Shown: positions 14,128-26,872 of the stretch, piece by piece
How positions within the stretch are numbered: the first letter of the stretch is position 1
How the letters are laid out: each line of letters starts with the position of its first letter
The notes under the pieces: generated by a model
Told to the model about the DNA's origin: nothing
Database searches by the model: none
The model's input: the letters and a program-made list of their open reading frames with translations, nothing else
Assembly: GCA_013239625.1 (NCBI GenBank)
Contig: MU053652.1
Coordinates: 7,059,902-7,123,901 of the forward strand
Source of the DNA: Lama guanicoe
Lineage: Eukaryota
Direction: 5' to 3'
Length of the DNA stretch: 64,000 nucleotides
Made by a program: the position numbers and the translations under genes

Positions 14128-14568
14128 CAATGAAATATTACTCAGCAATAAAAAGAATGAAGTCTTGCCATTTGAAACAACATGGATGGACCTAGAAGGT
14201 ATTTTGCTAAGTGAAATGTCAGACAAAGAGAGATAAATAAAGTATGTTTTCACTTGTATGTGAAATCTAACAACAACAACAAAAAGAACAAATATAATAA
14301 AATAGAAACAGACTCACAGATACAGAGAACAAACTAGTGGTTGCCAGAGGGGAGGGGGATGGGGAAATGTGTAAAATAGGTAAAGAGGATTAAGCGGTAC
14401 AAACTACCAATTATAAAATAAGTCACAAAAATGTAATGTATGGCACAGGGAAAATGATCAATAATATTGTAATCACTTTGGTGCATAATATAGAAAATAC
14501 TGAATCACTATGTTGTTCATCTGAAACTATTAGTATATTGTATGCCAAGTATACTTCAATTTAAAAAT
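13050..14568 (+). mobile_element. 5'-truncated L1: ORF2 C-terminal remnant plus 3'UTR (laurasiatherian type)
   Basis: Remnant MKRQPIEWQKISANGMSSKDLIFKIYKE and a canonical 3'UTR ending tatacttcaatttaaaaa. Confidence 0.9.
14094..14128. repeat. (CA)n(TA)n microsatellite inside the L1
   Basis: Read directly from the sequence. Confidence 0.95.
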
Positions 14569-14709
14569 GAGATAGGGGCTCACTGCAAATGGTTGAGAGC
14601 ATTTCTTCATGCTTGCATTTACATAGCAGATGGCATTTTCACACAACAGCTTAAGAAAATGTTAATTCAACATAGAAATGGGCAAAGAGAGAGTATGTAA
14701 AATAAGAGA

Positions 14710-15385
14710 CCAACTTCCAGTTTTCAGTTCCATAAGTAAGGAGCCTGGAAGGCTCCACCTTGTCCTAACAAGTAAAAAGCTGAACAGACTTTAAAAAAAA
14801 AACCAATTCTTCTAGGATTCATAAGAGAGGTACGGTTACAGGGCAAACCACTGCCCCTCAAACTGGAAAGTCCAACAGGTAAAAATAGGGAGTCACGGCT
14901 TCCCAGGGCAGAGACTCACAAGCAGAACCCAGGACCAGCACTAGGAAAGGCTGAACTGTAAAGGAGGATTTGCTGGAGACTCAGTGTGGACAACCCTGAG
15001 AAGTTAAAAACCGCAAGGGGACCCATGTCATAGGGAAACTCTGACAATTTTGTGAGATTTACATCCAGGAGCTTGACCAGGTTCTCACAGCAAATATCAG
15101 AAGAAATCCCCTCAGGCTTCCAGCAGGAAGATGGAAAAAGAATCATTTTGAAATAGCTGTTCTTCTTAATAAGGAATGTCCCCAGAGGAAACTAGTTAAC
15201 CAAGCTTAACCAGAACCAGACATGGCAGGCATGTTGGAATTAACAGATTGGGAATTTAAAACAACTATGATAGATATTCTAAGGGCTCTAATGAATAAAG
15301 TAGACAGTTGGTAAGAACAAATGGACCCTGTAAGCAGAGAGATAGAAATTCTAAGGAAAAAAATACTAGAGATTAAAAACTCTGT
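14710..15385 (+). mobile_element. Old L1 5' region and start of ORF1
   Basis: ttaaaacaactatgatagatattctaagggctctaatg...agcagagagatagaaattctaagg is typical of the L1M ORF1 start. Confidence 0.7.
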
Positions 15386-18300
15386 TGAAGCTGTATCTAT
15401 ATATCTGTATCTATTCAGCCGCAGGATGTTGCTCATTGGGCAATAAGTGTATTCTTCATAGTGCACAGAGTCCGCAGGTTGTCTGCAATAAATGCAAAGA
15501 TGATAAAAGTGTGAGGGATGACAGGGTGAGGATGGGCACTGGTAATAAAAGAAATGAACACAGTAATCTTTGATTCTCTCCAGCTCTGGGTTCTAGCAAT
15601 CCTATTGTTCAATGTTTCCCAAGAACACAAGGCTACTTGCCTACAAAGATGTCCTTGACAAAACACAATCATAATACCCCTAAAATTTTACAGCCCTTCC
15701 TGCCAATTTTCACTGAGAAAACACGGAAAAGGCTGGAAAAAAATAAAAATAATTTTTAAATGGCATCACCTAGCATGAAGAGAAGGGATGTTGGCTGGGG
15801 TGTATTTGTATGTATGCTTAAAAATCTTTTCTTAATTGCATGCCACTCTCTTACTCTGGTGATTATCGAGGACATATTCCAAGAAATCTCTATGCATGTT
15901 ATAAACTTGAAGAGCTTCAGAATCACTGATTTAGTCAATATTAGAAGGTCAATTTAACTAAAATATTTGTTGGCTGATTTGGCGTCATAACATTAGATCT
16001 AGACATAGCCAAATACGTTGCCTGTTCAGAAAAGGACTCTGTGGGAATCAACTACTATTCATCACAAAGGCAGGTTAAGAAGAAACGGATTCAGTATTCA
16101 TGCAGAATTCTTATTTGCCTAGTATGGACAGAGATTGTAGCTACTTCCACTCATCCCCTGGCCTCTTCATTTCATCTATCCTTTTGCCTTTAATTTTTCT
16201 TTAGTCTATCTAAGGATATTCAGTTATCTCCTATTTCTAGTTCTTCCATCCCAAGTTTACTTTCCTATTCTGGCTCACCTATTCACAGCTTCAGGATCTT
16301 GTAGGCAACATTATGGAACTGGATCTTGCTGGGGCCAAAAAGTCCCCTCTGTGCCAAAGTCTTCCATTTCTATGGAGCCTAAGTAATTGATTAAGACTTT
16401 TAAAACAATTTCTTTTAAACAGTAGTTCTAGCTTTTTGTTTCCTCACTGCGAAGAGGGTCACAAAAGCAACCTTTGGCTTCCAGTTTCTCCATACACTGG
16501 CTTTATCCATATTTCTTATACTTCACTCCTAATACTGCCTTCAGAACTTTCAAAAGGAAGTAACACTCTTTAGTTACTGTTTAAACACAATTTAAATATT
16601 GTGCTCCTCAAGAAATATTGCCCATTTAGTCAATAGTAATTCACCTAAGAAATATTTGAAGAAGTAATCTCTAAAATTAATTTAGCCATGAATATAGGTT
16701 AAGTTCCATGTAAACAAATAAAACAATTTGCTGTGAGTAATGTTTCAATGATAATGTTCTTAATGGCTGCACACATACTTGGTCGAGGTGAAATTATCTT
16801 CTCCACACGTATTTAAGTAAATATATTTGAATGAGAATATTTAAATTAAAATGTTGTTAAAAACAAGGGCTGACTCTAGCAAAAACTTTTATATGAAAAG
16901 CACCTCTTTGCAATGGCTGCTATTTAAGGACTGAGCCAAGGATTTTTAGAAACAGATCATTTTCACATATTTGAAGACCCACACTGTGCCTTGCTCCAGG
17001 AGTCTCAGCAGATGCTCTTTCCAGACCTACCCAACTTCCTCTGCTCACGCTACCTTCTCCCCTTTTGCTTTTGACTGTGATCCTTCTCCTAACTATCCTT
17101 GCTCCCACCACCATATTCAACAATAGTTTTCCCTAACCAAGCTTCATACATGCTTAATGTAGGACTTATGATATAGCTGGCGTTATTCTAGTGTATAAGT
17201 TCTATTTTCAATGGAAACCACCATTCCTTCAAATCTTTAGAATATTGGAATGCCTCCTATATTGTCTGTATGTCTGATGGCAGAATTACTAGTCATGTAT
17301 ACAAGATTACAACTGATTGTTCATATTTGTGTCAGTTACAAGAAACAAGTGAAAATCTTTTTCTCAGTAAGTGAATTTAGTTCATTTTCTGGTAAGAAAA
17401 CTTTATCTGAGAGCTGTATTATAAAAGAGCGGCCAGTGATTAACTCTTGCAATAATCTTCTTTTGCCTCTAGCAGCATGTAAGAAGTGAGGAGAGAATGT
17501 ATTCCTCCAATATAGGAAACATCTAGGAAGAAGGAAATGGTGTAAATGACAGTGAGCAGAACAGAGCCCTTTCTAATGATTAGCTCTCACTGAAAGAGGT
17601 AGGAAGTAGCCACAGTAACAAGAGCCATTTTCTTTCATTTGGGGATCAAAAATCTTGGAGCTTACATCCAAAAATATGTGAAATCAAACCTTCCCATAGA
17701 ATGTAATGAGGAGTGAGAGAGTGAAGCAGAATTTTAAAGGGTGGAAGAATATTTGAGGAAGGAAAAGAATGCTAAGTTCACTGCATGACCCACCTAGGAC
17801 TCTATCCTGCAAGTTCCCACCTCACCAAAAGCTCCAAGTCACACTCCCAAAAAACCCAGTTTGAAATGATAATCAAGGGAACTCATTACCTTATTCATTT
17901 CAGAAAATCGTAAGATTAGAGTTTGGTTTTAAATTAGGATTTAATTTAAGATTGAGATGGAAGAGAATACTAGAACTGAATTTAGAAATTTAGATACATT
18001 ATTGTCTTGGAAATCTGACTTTAAGGAGCAAGTATACCCATAAGACATCTGACTTCTATTTTATATTGATTATACCCCAGGTCAATGTAATTCTTAAAAA
18101 TTACCTGTCTTCCATGGAAATGCAGGTTCATGATCTATTATTTTTCATTACGATGTCCCTAATTTCTGCCCTTAATACTAAAAAATGAGCAATTAGCAAT
18201 TAAATGTAAGGATACAGTATCACCAAACTTCAACTTACTGCCTGAAGCTTAGAGCCAGTGAGTAACTAAGAGTATTTAACAGAATAAGAACTTTACTATG

Positions 18301-20039
18301 GCTTAGGAAAAAATCAAGAATTTAATTAGAATTTTGTGTTGGCTTTCATGACTGTTTATATACACAGAAATAAGAGAAGTAAATCAAATGTCAAACAGTG
18401 TATCTTTTATTCTTTCACTGTAAGAAATTTGCTTTTACTGCTACATTGCTCATGAATTTCAAAGTTATACTTTAATGAATGAATTTACCTTAACCTACGT
18501 TGCTCAAACCTCAGTTATATAATCCTTAAAATTAGAACAAATTGTGAGATTTGGTAAAACGATCAAACTTACATAAATGTCAACAAATGCTAAAAACTGT
18601 TTTTCTATCCTGTTAAACAATTGTTTATAATGATCAATTACCACAGGGCTACTGTGTAGATGCATAGAAATTTAGAAAACCTGTTGCAAATACCACATGA
18701 AGTTCTCTATCAAAATAATTTAGGTTTTAAAAATTACCAGATTGCTCCATTAGTTGATAATCAGAAAATTCTTTTCTTATAGATCTTTATGTTAAGCCCA
18801 ATAAAAAAACAAATTTCCTTATTTAGAGACTGCCAGAATTTATTTACAATGGCAAAGAAAATAACCCCCTTTTTAGTGTTTTACATTATTAATATCTGGG
18901 AAAATAATCAGGGTTATAAAAATTCAAGGCTTATTATCTATGTTTCAGATTCTCTAAAATTTGTTCTAAATTATATGAAATACCTTAAGATAGCACTATA
19001 GTACCTGGGGTTTAATGGAATTTCATATAATTCTGTAGCCTCAAATTCCTAATGATTGTGAAAAATGATACTATGGATCATGTGATTTATAAAATAAAAA
19101 TATTCATTATTCTATTTGACCCTGCTTAAAACAACAAGAACAAAATACTGATACTTTAATAGTTCATAATGGCAACCTGAAATCTAGGACTCATAGTGAG
19201 TTGTAGGGTACACCCCAGTCCAGCATGATGGCTGGCCTCCACTCTCACAGGTCATCTAACTGTCTTACAGGTCTGTGCCCATGTGTGTTGTTTTGAATAT
19301 CAATCAGCCTTGAATTTAACTGTAGTTCCTCTAAGCCAGTCTCAGCACAGTGTTGGTTTAAGAACGAACAGAAAGACAGACTTAAATCCACCAGTCAGAC
19401 ACCAAAATGCATTAAAAAGTCATCTTAACTGCAATCTACAGTGATGCTACTAGTCATCTATCTCTCAAAGTATTTACTCATCAGATAAGCTGCTCCCAAA
19501 TCTTTCTCCCTAGCTTTCTGGCCATGCATAAATTCTCACTCCACTCCTGCCCACTGCGTCCAACTTGCAGAGCAACTTCTTCTTAATATCTATCAGTGGA
19601 GTCTTTGGGGGCTTAGAATTTGTGCCAAAATTTCTCCACCCTCCATTTGGTTACTTTTGTTTATTTGTGCTGTTACAGATATAATCATGTTGTCTCCTCT
19701 CACTCATTATCTAAGCCAACAACAAAACTCAAGTAGTCAAGGACACAAAAGTACAGAAATCTTCCTCAGTGAGGAAGATGAAAGTTTTAAATACTTATGT
19801 ATCATATTTTGCCACCATCACTCAAATATAAATCACTACCTAACACTGTAGTTCAAACAGTTTCCATAAGACCATTAACAGTGTGTTATTAAATATTTGG
19901 CTATTTTTAGTGTTCCATTCACCCTTTTCAGAACTAAGCTTAATTCTACTTTATTTTTTCCCTTGAGATATCAAATCTGCAGGTTAGTGGATTTTTTTTC
20001 CCCTGTCAATATTTGTTACGCATTTTTTATGATTTTTAT

Positions 20040-20510
20040 ATGATATCCTTACGCTTCTGACACGAGGCAAGTGGACTTTTCTGCCTATTCTCCCTTCTTT
20101 AGAACATCTCGAGCATTGGGAGAGTGGACGCAGAGGATGAAATGTAAATTCTGCCTTACTGATTCAACTGTAAACAGCATTCTCTGGACAGGTTTCAGTT
20201 TGCATATCCCCTGCTTCTAGGACTGCAGGGAATGATCACCCTGCGAGGGAAAGTCAAGTCTCCCATGATGAGTAATAATCTCACATATAACAGACCAAAA
20301 GTAATCATCACCAAGGCAGCGCCTGCATTGGTATAGCACTCCCTGAACATCTGGCCGGTTCAGAACTGACTCAAGAGATAGTCCTATTGCTGAACTACTT
20401 CCTAAAATAGCTATTCCACGGAAGGCGTTCCTCAGAGACATCCCCAAGTACTGACCCAGTCTGCTCCTGCTTAGCTTAGCCTGACAGGTTCAGTATTTCA
20501 GTTGCATTGC
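20040..20510 (-). mobile_element. Putative AmnSINE1 (5S rRNA-derived ancient SINE)
   Basis: The minus strand has a 5S internal-promoter-like head aagctaagcaggagcagactgggtcagtacttgg (20444-20477), then tgagtcagttctgaacc (20357-20373) and gcaggcgctgccttggtgatga. These follow the order of the recalled AmnSINE1 consensus. The 3' boundary is uncertain. Confidence 0.7.
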
Positions 20511-20959
20511 CTTAGCTGGAAGAAAACACGACTTGCTTTCTCTTAACGTATTAGGAGTATGGAAGTAGACTCTTGTCACCCCTTCTTCTCAGCAGTTCAA
20601 GATGAAGTTATTCTTTCAACAAGTTAGTGTTGACTAGTTGGCCTTTGTCAGGTTTTAGCTGCCAATCATAAAAGGAAAACTCTCCAAATGGATATTTGTT
20701 CTCTCTCATGCCTTATTAGGTAATGGAGTCAATGTTCTTGTTTCTGTTTAACTGTCCAGGCCATGCATATAAAGCCTTAATTACTTTGTGGCTAATTCTT
20801 TCCGGAAATGTCCTTCTCATCTCCCTTCCTTATGATCCTCTATCATAACCCAGACTCACTCCCTTACATCTTATGTCTAACCATGCAACACCCAACATCC
20901 CAGCCCCTCAGCTGCTTTGTTTCCTTAATTCTGAAGAAAAACATATTATGTAAACAAAA

Positions 20960-21375
20960 TAATGTCTAAACTACTTCTGTTCACAAAGAATAGTATGATG
21001 AACACCCATGTGCTTAAGCTTCACATTAACAGTAATTTAAAGCCCACTGTGTACCCAATCAGAAGCACTTACCACCATGCTTATACCTGCAATTCCTATT
21101 CATTTTTTTGTTAGGCCACTAATGAATAATTACCAAACCAATCTATTATTTAACTTTTCTTCTTTCTTGAACTTTACACACATGAAATCATGCTACATAT
21201 ACTCTTCTGTGAATACGTCTTTTAAACAACAAATTTATGGGATAGGTCCAGGTTAAATCTCAAAATCTTCACATGATGGCTGTGTTGGTTATTTTTTCAC
21301 TCATTTCATTATTGTATAGTATTCAACTGTATGACTGTACTACAATGTAATGAGATCTGTTCTATTTTTGGTATA
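20960..21375 (-). mobile_element. Old L1 (L1ME-like) 3'UTR fragment
   Basis: Antisense L1ME motifs (aacacccatgtg; gaaatcatgctacatatactcttctgtg; ttgtatagtattcaactgtatg). Confidence 0.65.
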
Positions 21376-21399
21376 GGAACAGTCAATATCCACACCAAA

Positions 21400-22330
21400 C
21401 AAATTAAAGCAAAAGGACGTTTTAAAGTATAGTATCCTCAACTAATTTTAAAAGTCATGATTGAAGAAAAATTATATCCAAGAAATATAGCTGCGTTACA
21501 GTTAAGGAAATCTTAGAGAAATTAGGGGAAAAGAAAGATGGGAAATAGAATGGCAAATGGATCAGTTTAGGACCTGCAATATCTGAATAAGCATAGTTCC
21601 AGAAAAAGGGAATAGGAAAAAATAAGAGAAGGATATTATTAACAATTCCAAAAAGATTTTAGAAGGATATATGAAAGATATGAGATTCCTGATTAGAAAA
21701 CTCACCAAGTACCCAGTAAAAGAGATAAAAAAAAGATTCATGGCAAAGTACATTGTTATGAGAGTTCACGAGAAGTGCCAGTGGATTCTTCCAACAGCCA
21801 CGCTAGTAGCAAGACAATGGAGCAGGCTTCCAATTATTTAAAGAAAATAATTTTAAATTTTAAAATTCTATGCTGAACTATGCTATAAAAAAAAGATTCA
21901 TGGCAAAGTACATTGTTATGAGAGTTCAAGAGAGAAGTGCCAGTGGATTCTTCCAACAGCCACGCTAGAAGCAAGACAATGGAGCAGGCTTCCAATTATT
22001 TAAAGAAAATAATTTTAAATTTTAAAATTCTATGCTGAACTATGCTCTCAATCTAGTGTCAGGGGAGACTATGTAAAATTTTAATCGTGTATTTCTCATG
22101 TTTTCAGAAGATTTACTTTCCTTGTGCTTAGGAAGTTCTTCATGGATATGTTTTAGTGAAATGAAAAAGTAAACCAAGAAAAGATCCAGAGCATGAGGGA
22201 TGTCACATGGGAGAGAAGGAAACAAAATCTCAGGATGAGATAGGAAGGATTCAAGGACATAACCTGAAATTTAAAACATATTTAGAATAAATTATAATTC
22301 TGGAAAAGAGTTCAGAGACAATTAAGTGAC
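21400..22330 (+). mobile_element. Old L1/HAL1 ORF1 remnant
   Basis: ORF1-like motifs (ctgaataagcatagttccagaa; ctcaccaagtacccagt; gcaagacaatggagc). Confidence 0.6.
21725..22046. repeat. Two-copy tandem duplication (160 bp + 162 bp)
   Basis: Copy 1 is 21725-21884 and copy 2 is 21885-22046. They differ only at gttcacgagaag/gttcaagagagaag and ctagtagc/ctagaagc. Confidence 0.97.
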
Positions 22331-23629
22331 ATGTACATTGAAAATTATTCAAAGACAAAAGAGACAATCACTGAACTCAAGGAAAAGAAAAAGCTAAACA
22401 AAAATTCTACTTACCTGCCTTCAACCAACTCTAATTTCTTAACTACACATGTGCTTCTGGCCTGTTTATGGCTTCTCCAAAAGAAAAGGACTGAAAAGAG
22501 AGTGTGCAAAATCTTAAACTCTGATAATATCTCATTCTATGCTAGATTCTGCCTACAAGATAAATTTTCACAAATTCTATTTTTCCACACTGTCTAATAA
22601 ACTGCATCTATCTGGTATGTGTATAAGATGTCAATCTCAGAATCTTTCTATCCTCATTATATTTATCTAACAATGATGGGAAAACTTAAAAAAAACTATT
22701 TGCAACAAGATAAATGAGATTCAGTCAATTCTGCACAATTTATCCTTTGCTAAACTAATATCTTATCAAGTTGTTTTTCTTTCAAGTTTGACCTATTTCA
22801 TAAACCATCACATAAAATTAGATTGATATAATCCTGTAAATAAATGTGTTGTTTTAATATTCTCTGAATGAAACATAGAAAGGAAAATTTCTTCTGATGT
22901 CATCAAGTATTAAAAATAGACAATTACAGGTAACAGGTAATCATTGCTGGTCCCAATCTACGATATATGAGAGAGGTAAAACTCCTTGTTTTACAAATTG
23001 AGATGACAGGCAAACTGCTGAGAACTACAGAAGAAAGTATTACAACAAGCAGCCAAAATGACACAGATGTCAAGGGAGAACAGTGCCCAACAGAAAGTTT
23101 ATCCCTGTACGAAATGACCTACTTCATATAAAATAAAATTAAGTTATTGCAAGAGAGGAGTGTCAGGCAATATGAAATGCCTATTCAGCCTATGCAACCT
23201 ACTTTTGCTTTGAGCTTCTCTGGGTGGTTTCTTATTAGAGAAACCAGAGTACCCAGTAGCACTCATTTAAATACATGTGCTATACAAAGAATATGTATAA
23301 ATTTTATCATGATTTTTATTTTAAATGCTGCATTTTTGTACTGAAGGTTATATTTAAAAGGCAGAATGTGAAAGAATATAAATGATTTCCAAATAGTTTG
23401 TCGAGATTTAACAATTGTGAATTGTGTGAACCTTTATTTTTCTTCACTGATTTAGTAACAGAAATTCCAGATTAGCATTTGGTTGTAGATATTTTTAATC
23501 CTTTCCCTTCGTTAAAAAGGAACTTTTGTTTCTATAATTTTGTTACTATAATCTATGGGCTTCCTATATAATAATTCTAATGACTTTACTGAACTATTTA
23601 CTGAATTTTTCAAATTATACCCAGTGATT

Positions 23630-23900
23630 GCAATATATCTGTTTCACACCTCTATCGCTCTGTTTGTGGTCTTCCCACTGCCAGGAATGCCTCATACCAC
23701 ATCTCTGCGGTTCCAAATCCCAACTACCTATCAGTTAGTAAAATGTCAGTTTCTCTACAAAGCAGCATCTGATCCCTCCCAGGCCCCAAACTTCCACGGC
23801 ATTTGAGCTCTATCTCTGCAATGGCAGCATTCATCACTTCCCTTCCTGTACTGTAGTCACTGGTCTGTCTCAGAACCCTCTTTGAAGAAGAAGCTTTAGT
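23630..23900 (+). mobile_element. L2 fragment
   Basis: cttcccactgccaggaatgcc...gcagcatctgatccctcccaggc resembles the L2 3' region. Confidence 0.55.
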
Positions 23901-24371
23901 TACCTTTACATTTAAGCGAAAAGTATTTATTGCATGGATAAATTCATGACATTTGCTTAAGAAAATCTCTAAGAAAAATCGACACATTTGTATCCTGACC
24001 ATGAAAAGCAGTGGCCAAATAAAAATAAGAACAGTTTCTTTCAACATATTTCTTAAATTAAGCAGTCAATCATAAAACTTTAGGTGATATAAACAAACCT
24101 GAACAGTTTCAGACATCTGTCATGCCTAAGGCCACACAAATACTACAAAATCAGCCTTTGTATAATCCCCTGGACATGAAAGAGGGGTTAAAGCATGAAG
24201 GAGGCAGGCAACTTCTCTCCATGTGACTTTCTCTTTAGAGATTTGTTTCTCTCAGACCTACCCAACTCTCGTAACACAATCAATTAATTGTATAATTCCA
24301 AGAAACTAAATCTAGTTCCTCCTAACAAAATGGTTAGGGACTTCAATTTTCAAGTAGTTCTTAAAGGCAAG

Positions 24372-24372
24372 A

Positions 24373-24417
<45 letters not shown>
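24372..24417. repeat. Compound (CA)n(GA)n microsatellite
   Basis: Read directly from the sequence. Confidence 0.97.
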
Positions 24418-24420
<3 letters not shown>

Positions 24421-24489
24421 GAGACTGATTGATTCTAGAAGTTTCCAAAAGCTTTATTGTTGTAGCTCTCATATCAACTCTATAATCTA

Positions 24490-24945
24490 AAACTGAGTCT
24501 TTTGTGTATTAGGTATAAGACAGGAATCACGGTTTGGTTTTGTTTTGTTCCATTTCGCTGTTTAACTAACCCAGCACCACATGTTACCATGACCATCCCT
24601 TTCGCTCCATGCTATCTGTGCCATAAATCAGGAGATCGTTTGTGTGGGTGCCTTCTGGAAACTATTCTGCTTCATTGCTCTATTTGTATTACCTTCTGTT
24701 AATACCTTGGTCTTAACTATTTTTGTCAAGTAATAAAGTTTGTAGCTGGTATATAAATCTTCCAGCTTTGTTCTTATTTAAGATTGCCTTGTTCATTCAC
24801 AGCCTTTGATTTTCCATAAAAACCTTAGAAATAGCTTGTCCATTTCCACCAGAAAAACCTGCAAGAATTTTGATTGGAGTCTATTAGGGAAAATTCATTT
24901 CATAAAAATACTGATTCTTCAATTACATGGACACATCATTTCATG
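24490..24945 (-). mobile_element. Old L1 ORF2 fragment
   Basis: Antisense ORF2 motifs (ccagctttgttcttatttaagattgcctt; ttccataaaaaccttagaaatagcttgtc). Confidence 0.7.
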
Positions 24946-24974
24946 ATCAAATTAAATTAATTATTTAGGCATAG

Positions 24975-25120
24975 ACTGTGGCCAATACTCCCTCCCTACC
25001 TCGTTTGATTCCTTACCGCTACCTCTGGTTTGAAAATACAAATAATTTCCCAGTGTTCTTTAAGTGGGGAATACCACGTGACATAGGTCTGTCTTATGAG
25101 ACACAGATGACTAAGGAGGA
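24975..25120 (+). mobile_element. MaLR (MLT1-like) LTR fragment, possibly resuming at about 26290-26430
   Basis: tttcccagtgttctttaagtggggaataccacgtgacatagg...atgagac resembles the MLT1 consensus. Confidence 0.4.
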
Positions 25121-25121
25121 T

Positions 25122-25302
25122 CATTTATTTATTTATTTGAAGTATAGTTGATGTATAATATTTAAGTTACAGGTATACAATACAGTAATTCACAATTTTT
25201 AAGGGTATACTCTCTTTATAGTTATAAAACGCGAGCTATATTCCCTGGGTTGTACAATTTATCCTTGTAGCTCATTTTATACAGAATGGTTTGTACCTCT
25301 TG
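25122..25302 (-). mobile_element. L1 3' terminal fragment
   Basis: (ttta)n tail followed by tgaagtatagttgatgtataat..., an antisense L1 3' end. Confidence 0.85.
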
Positions 25303-26290
25303 TTTTGCTTTTTTTTATTAAAATATAGTTGATTTACAATGTTGTGTCAGTTTCAGGTGTACAGCAAAGTGATTCAGTTATACATATATACTATTTTTGA
25401 GATTCTTTTCTATTATAGGTTATTACAAGATACCGAATATAGTTCTCTGTGCTATACAATAGGTCATTGCCATTTATCTGTCTTATATATGTTAGTGCAT
25501 ATATGTTATTCTCAAACACTTAATTTATCCCTCCCCACCCCTTTCTCCTTTGGTAACCATAAGTTTGTTTTCTATGTCTGTGACTCTATTTCTGGTTTGT
25601 AAATAAATTCATTTGTATCATTTTTTAAATTCCACATGTAAGTGATATCATATGATATTTGTCTTTGTCTGACTTACTTCACTTAATATAATAATCTCTA
25701 TGTTCATCCATGTTGCTGCAAATGGCATTATTTCATTCTTTTTTATGGCTGAGTAACTCCATGCATATATACATATACACACTACATCTTCTTTATCCAC
25801 TCATCTGTTGATAGACATTTAGGTTGCTTCCATATCTTAACTATTGTAAGCAGTGTCACTGTGGACATTGGGGTGCACATATCTTTTTGAATTAGAGTTT
25901 TCTCTGGATATACAACCAGGAGTGGGATTGCTGGATTATATGATAACTCTATCTTTATTTTTTTTAAGGAACCTTTATACAGTTCTCCATAGTGGCTGCA
26001 CCAATTCACATTCCCACCAACAGAACAGGAGGATTTCTTTTTCTTCACAATCTCTCCAGCATTTATTACTTGTAGACTTTTTAATAATGGCCATTCTGAC
26101 TGGTGTGAGGTGATACTCACTGTAGTTTTGATTTGCACTCCTGTAATAATTAGCGATATTGATGTACCTGTTGTCCATTTTTGTGTCTTCTTTGGAGAAA
26201 CGTCTATTTAGGCCTTCTGCCCATTTTTGCCTGAGTTTTTTTATATGAAGCTATATAAGCTGTTTGTATATTTTGGAAATTAATTTTTGA
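25303..26290 (-). mobile_element. 5'-truncated L1 (artiodactyl type): ORF2 C-terminal remnant plus 3'UTR
   Basis: Remnants [27 protein letters not shown] and [18 protein letters not shown], with a poly-T tail at about 25310. Confidence 0.92.
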
Positions 26291-26609
26291 TTAGCATTTC
26301 CAGTTACCAGAGACTTAATGGGAAGAAGGCACCGTATTTTGATCTGGTGTTTCTTCCTTTTTAAAAAAAATACAATTTTGCTTACCAGTGGGTTCTGCTA
26401 TGAGAAACAGAAACCTTAGCTAACACAAGTATAAATAAATGAGGTTTTTCTCATGTAAAATAGCTTGAAAGTAGGCCTTTGTTTCAGTTGGTGATTTCTT
26501 TGGCTAGTGATGTATGTAAGGCATACTAAAGAGGAAAATATAGTCTCAGTCACATTTCCCCCCTTTAATAAGAATATAAAAGCCTCCTTATCCATCAACA
26601 GATGATTGG

Positions 26610-26872
26610 ACAAAGAAGACTGATGAACTTGTAGGGTATTGTGCTAAGTGATACAAGTCAGAGAAAGACAAATTCTGTATGATGTCACTTATATGTGGAA
26701 TCTAAAAAATACAACAAACTAGTGAATAAAACAAAAAAGAAACAGACTCGCAGATAGAGAGAACAAATTAATAGCTACCAGTGGGGAGAGGGACAGGAGG
26801 GGCAACACAGGGGTAGGGGATTAAAGAAACTAATACAACATAATAAATCAACTATACTTCAATAAAAAAAAT
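26610..26872 (+). mobile_element. L1 3'UTR fragment with an internal deletion
   Basis: gtcagagaaagacaaattctgtatgatgtcacttatatgtggaatctaaaaaa...tcaactatacttcaataaaaaaa. Confidence 0.85.

Noticed and set aside
20430..20510. 5S rRNA gene
   Set aside because: Only the internal promoter region resembles 5S and it is diverged. The downstream sequence follows a SINE body instead.
21725..22046. CRISPR-like or satellite array
   Set aside because: There are only two contiguous 160-bp units, no spacers, and the context is eukaryotic.
25303..26826. Possible 1.5-kb inversion (the minus L1 piece ending at 25302 and the plus piece ending at about 26826 look contiguous in consensus)
   Set aside because: The plus piece has its own 3' terminus, and the MLT1-like host seems to resume in unchanged orientation after 26290. 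Independent insertions are the simpler explanation. An outgroup alignment would settle it.
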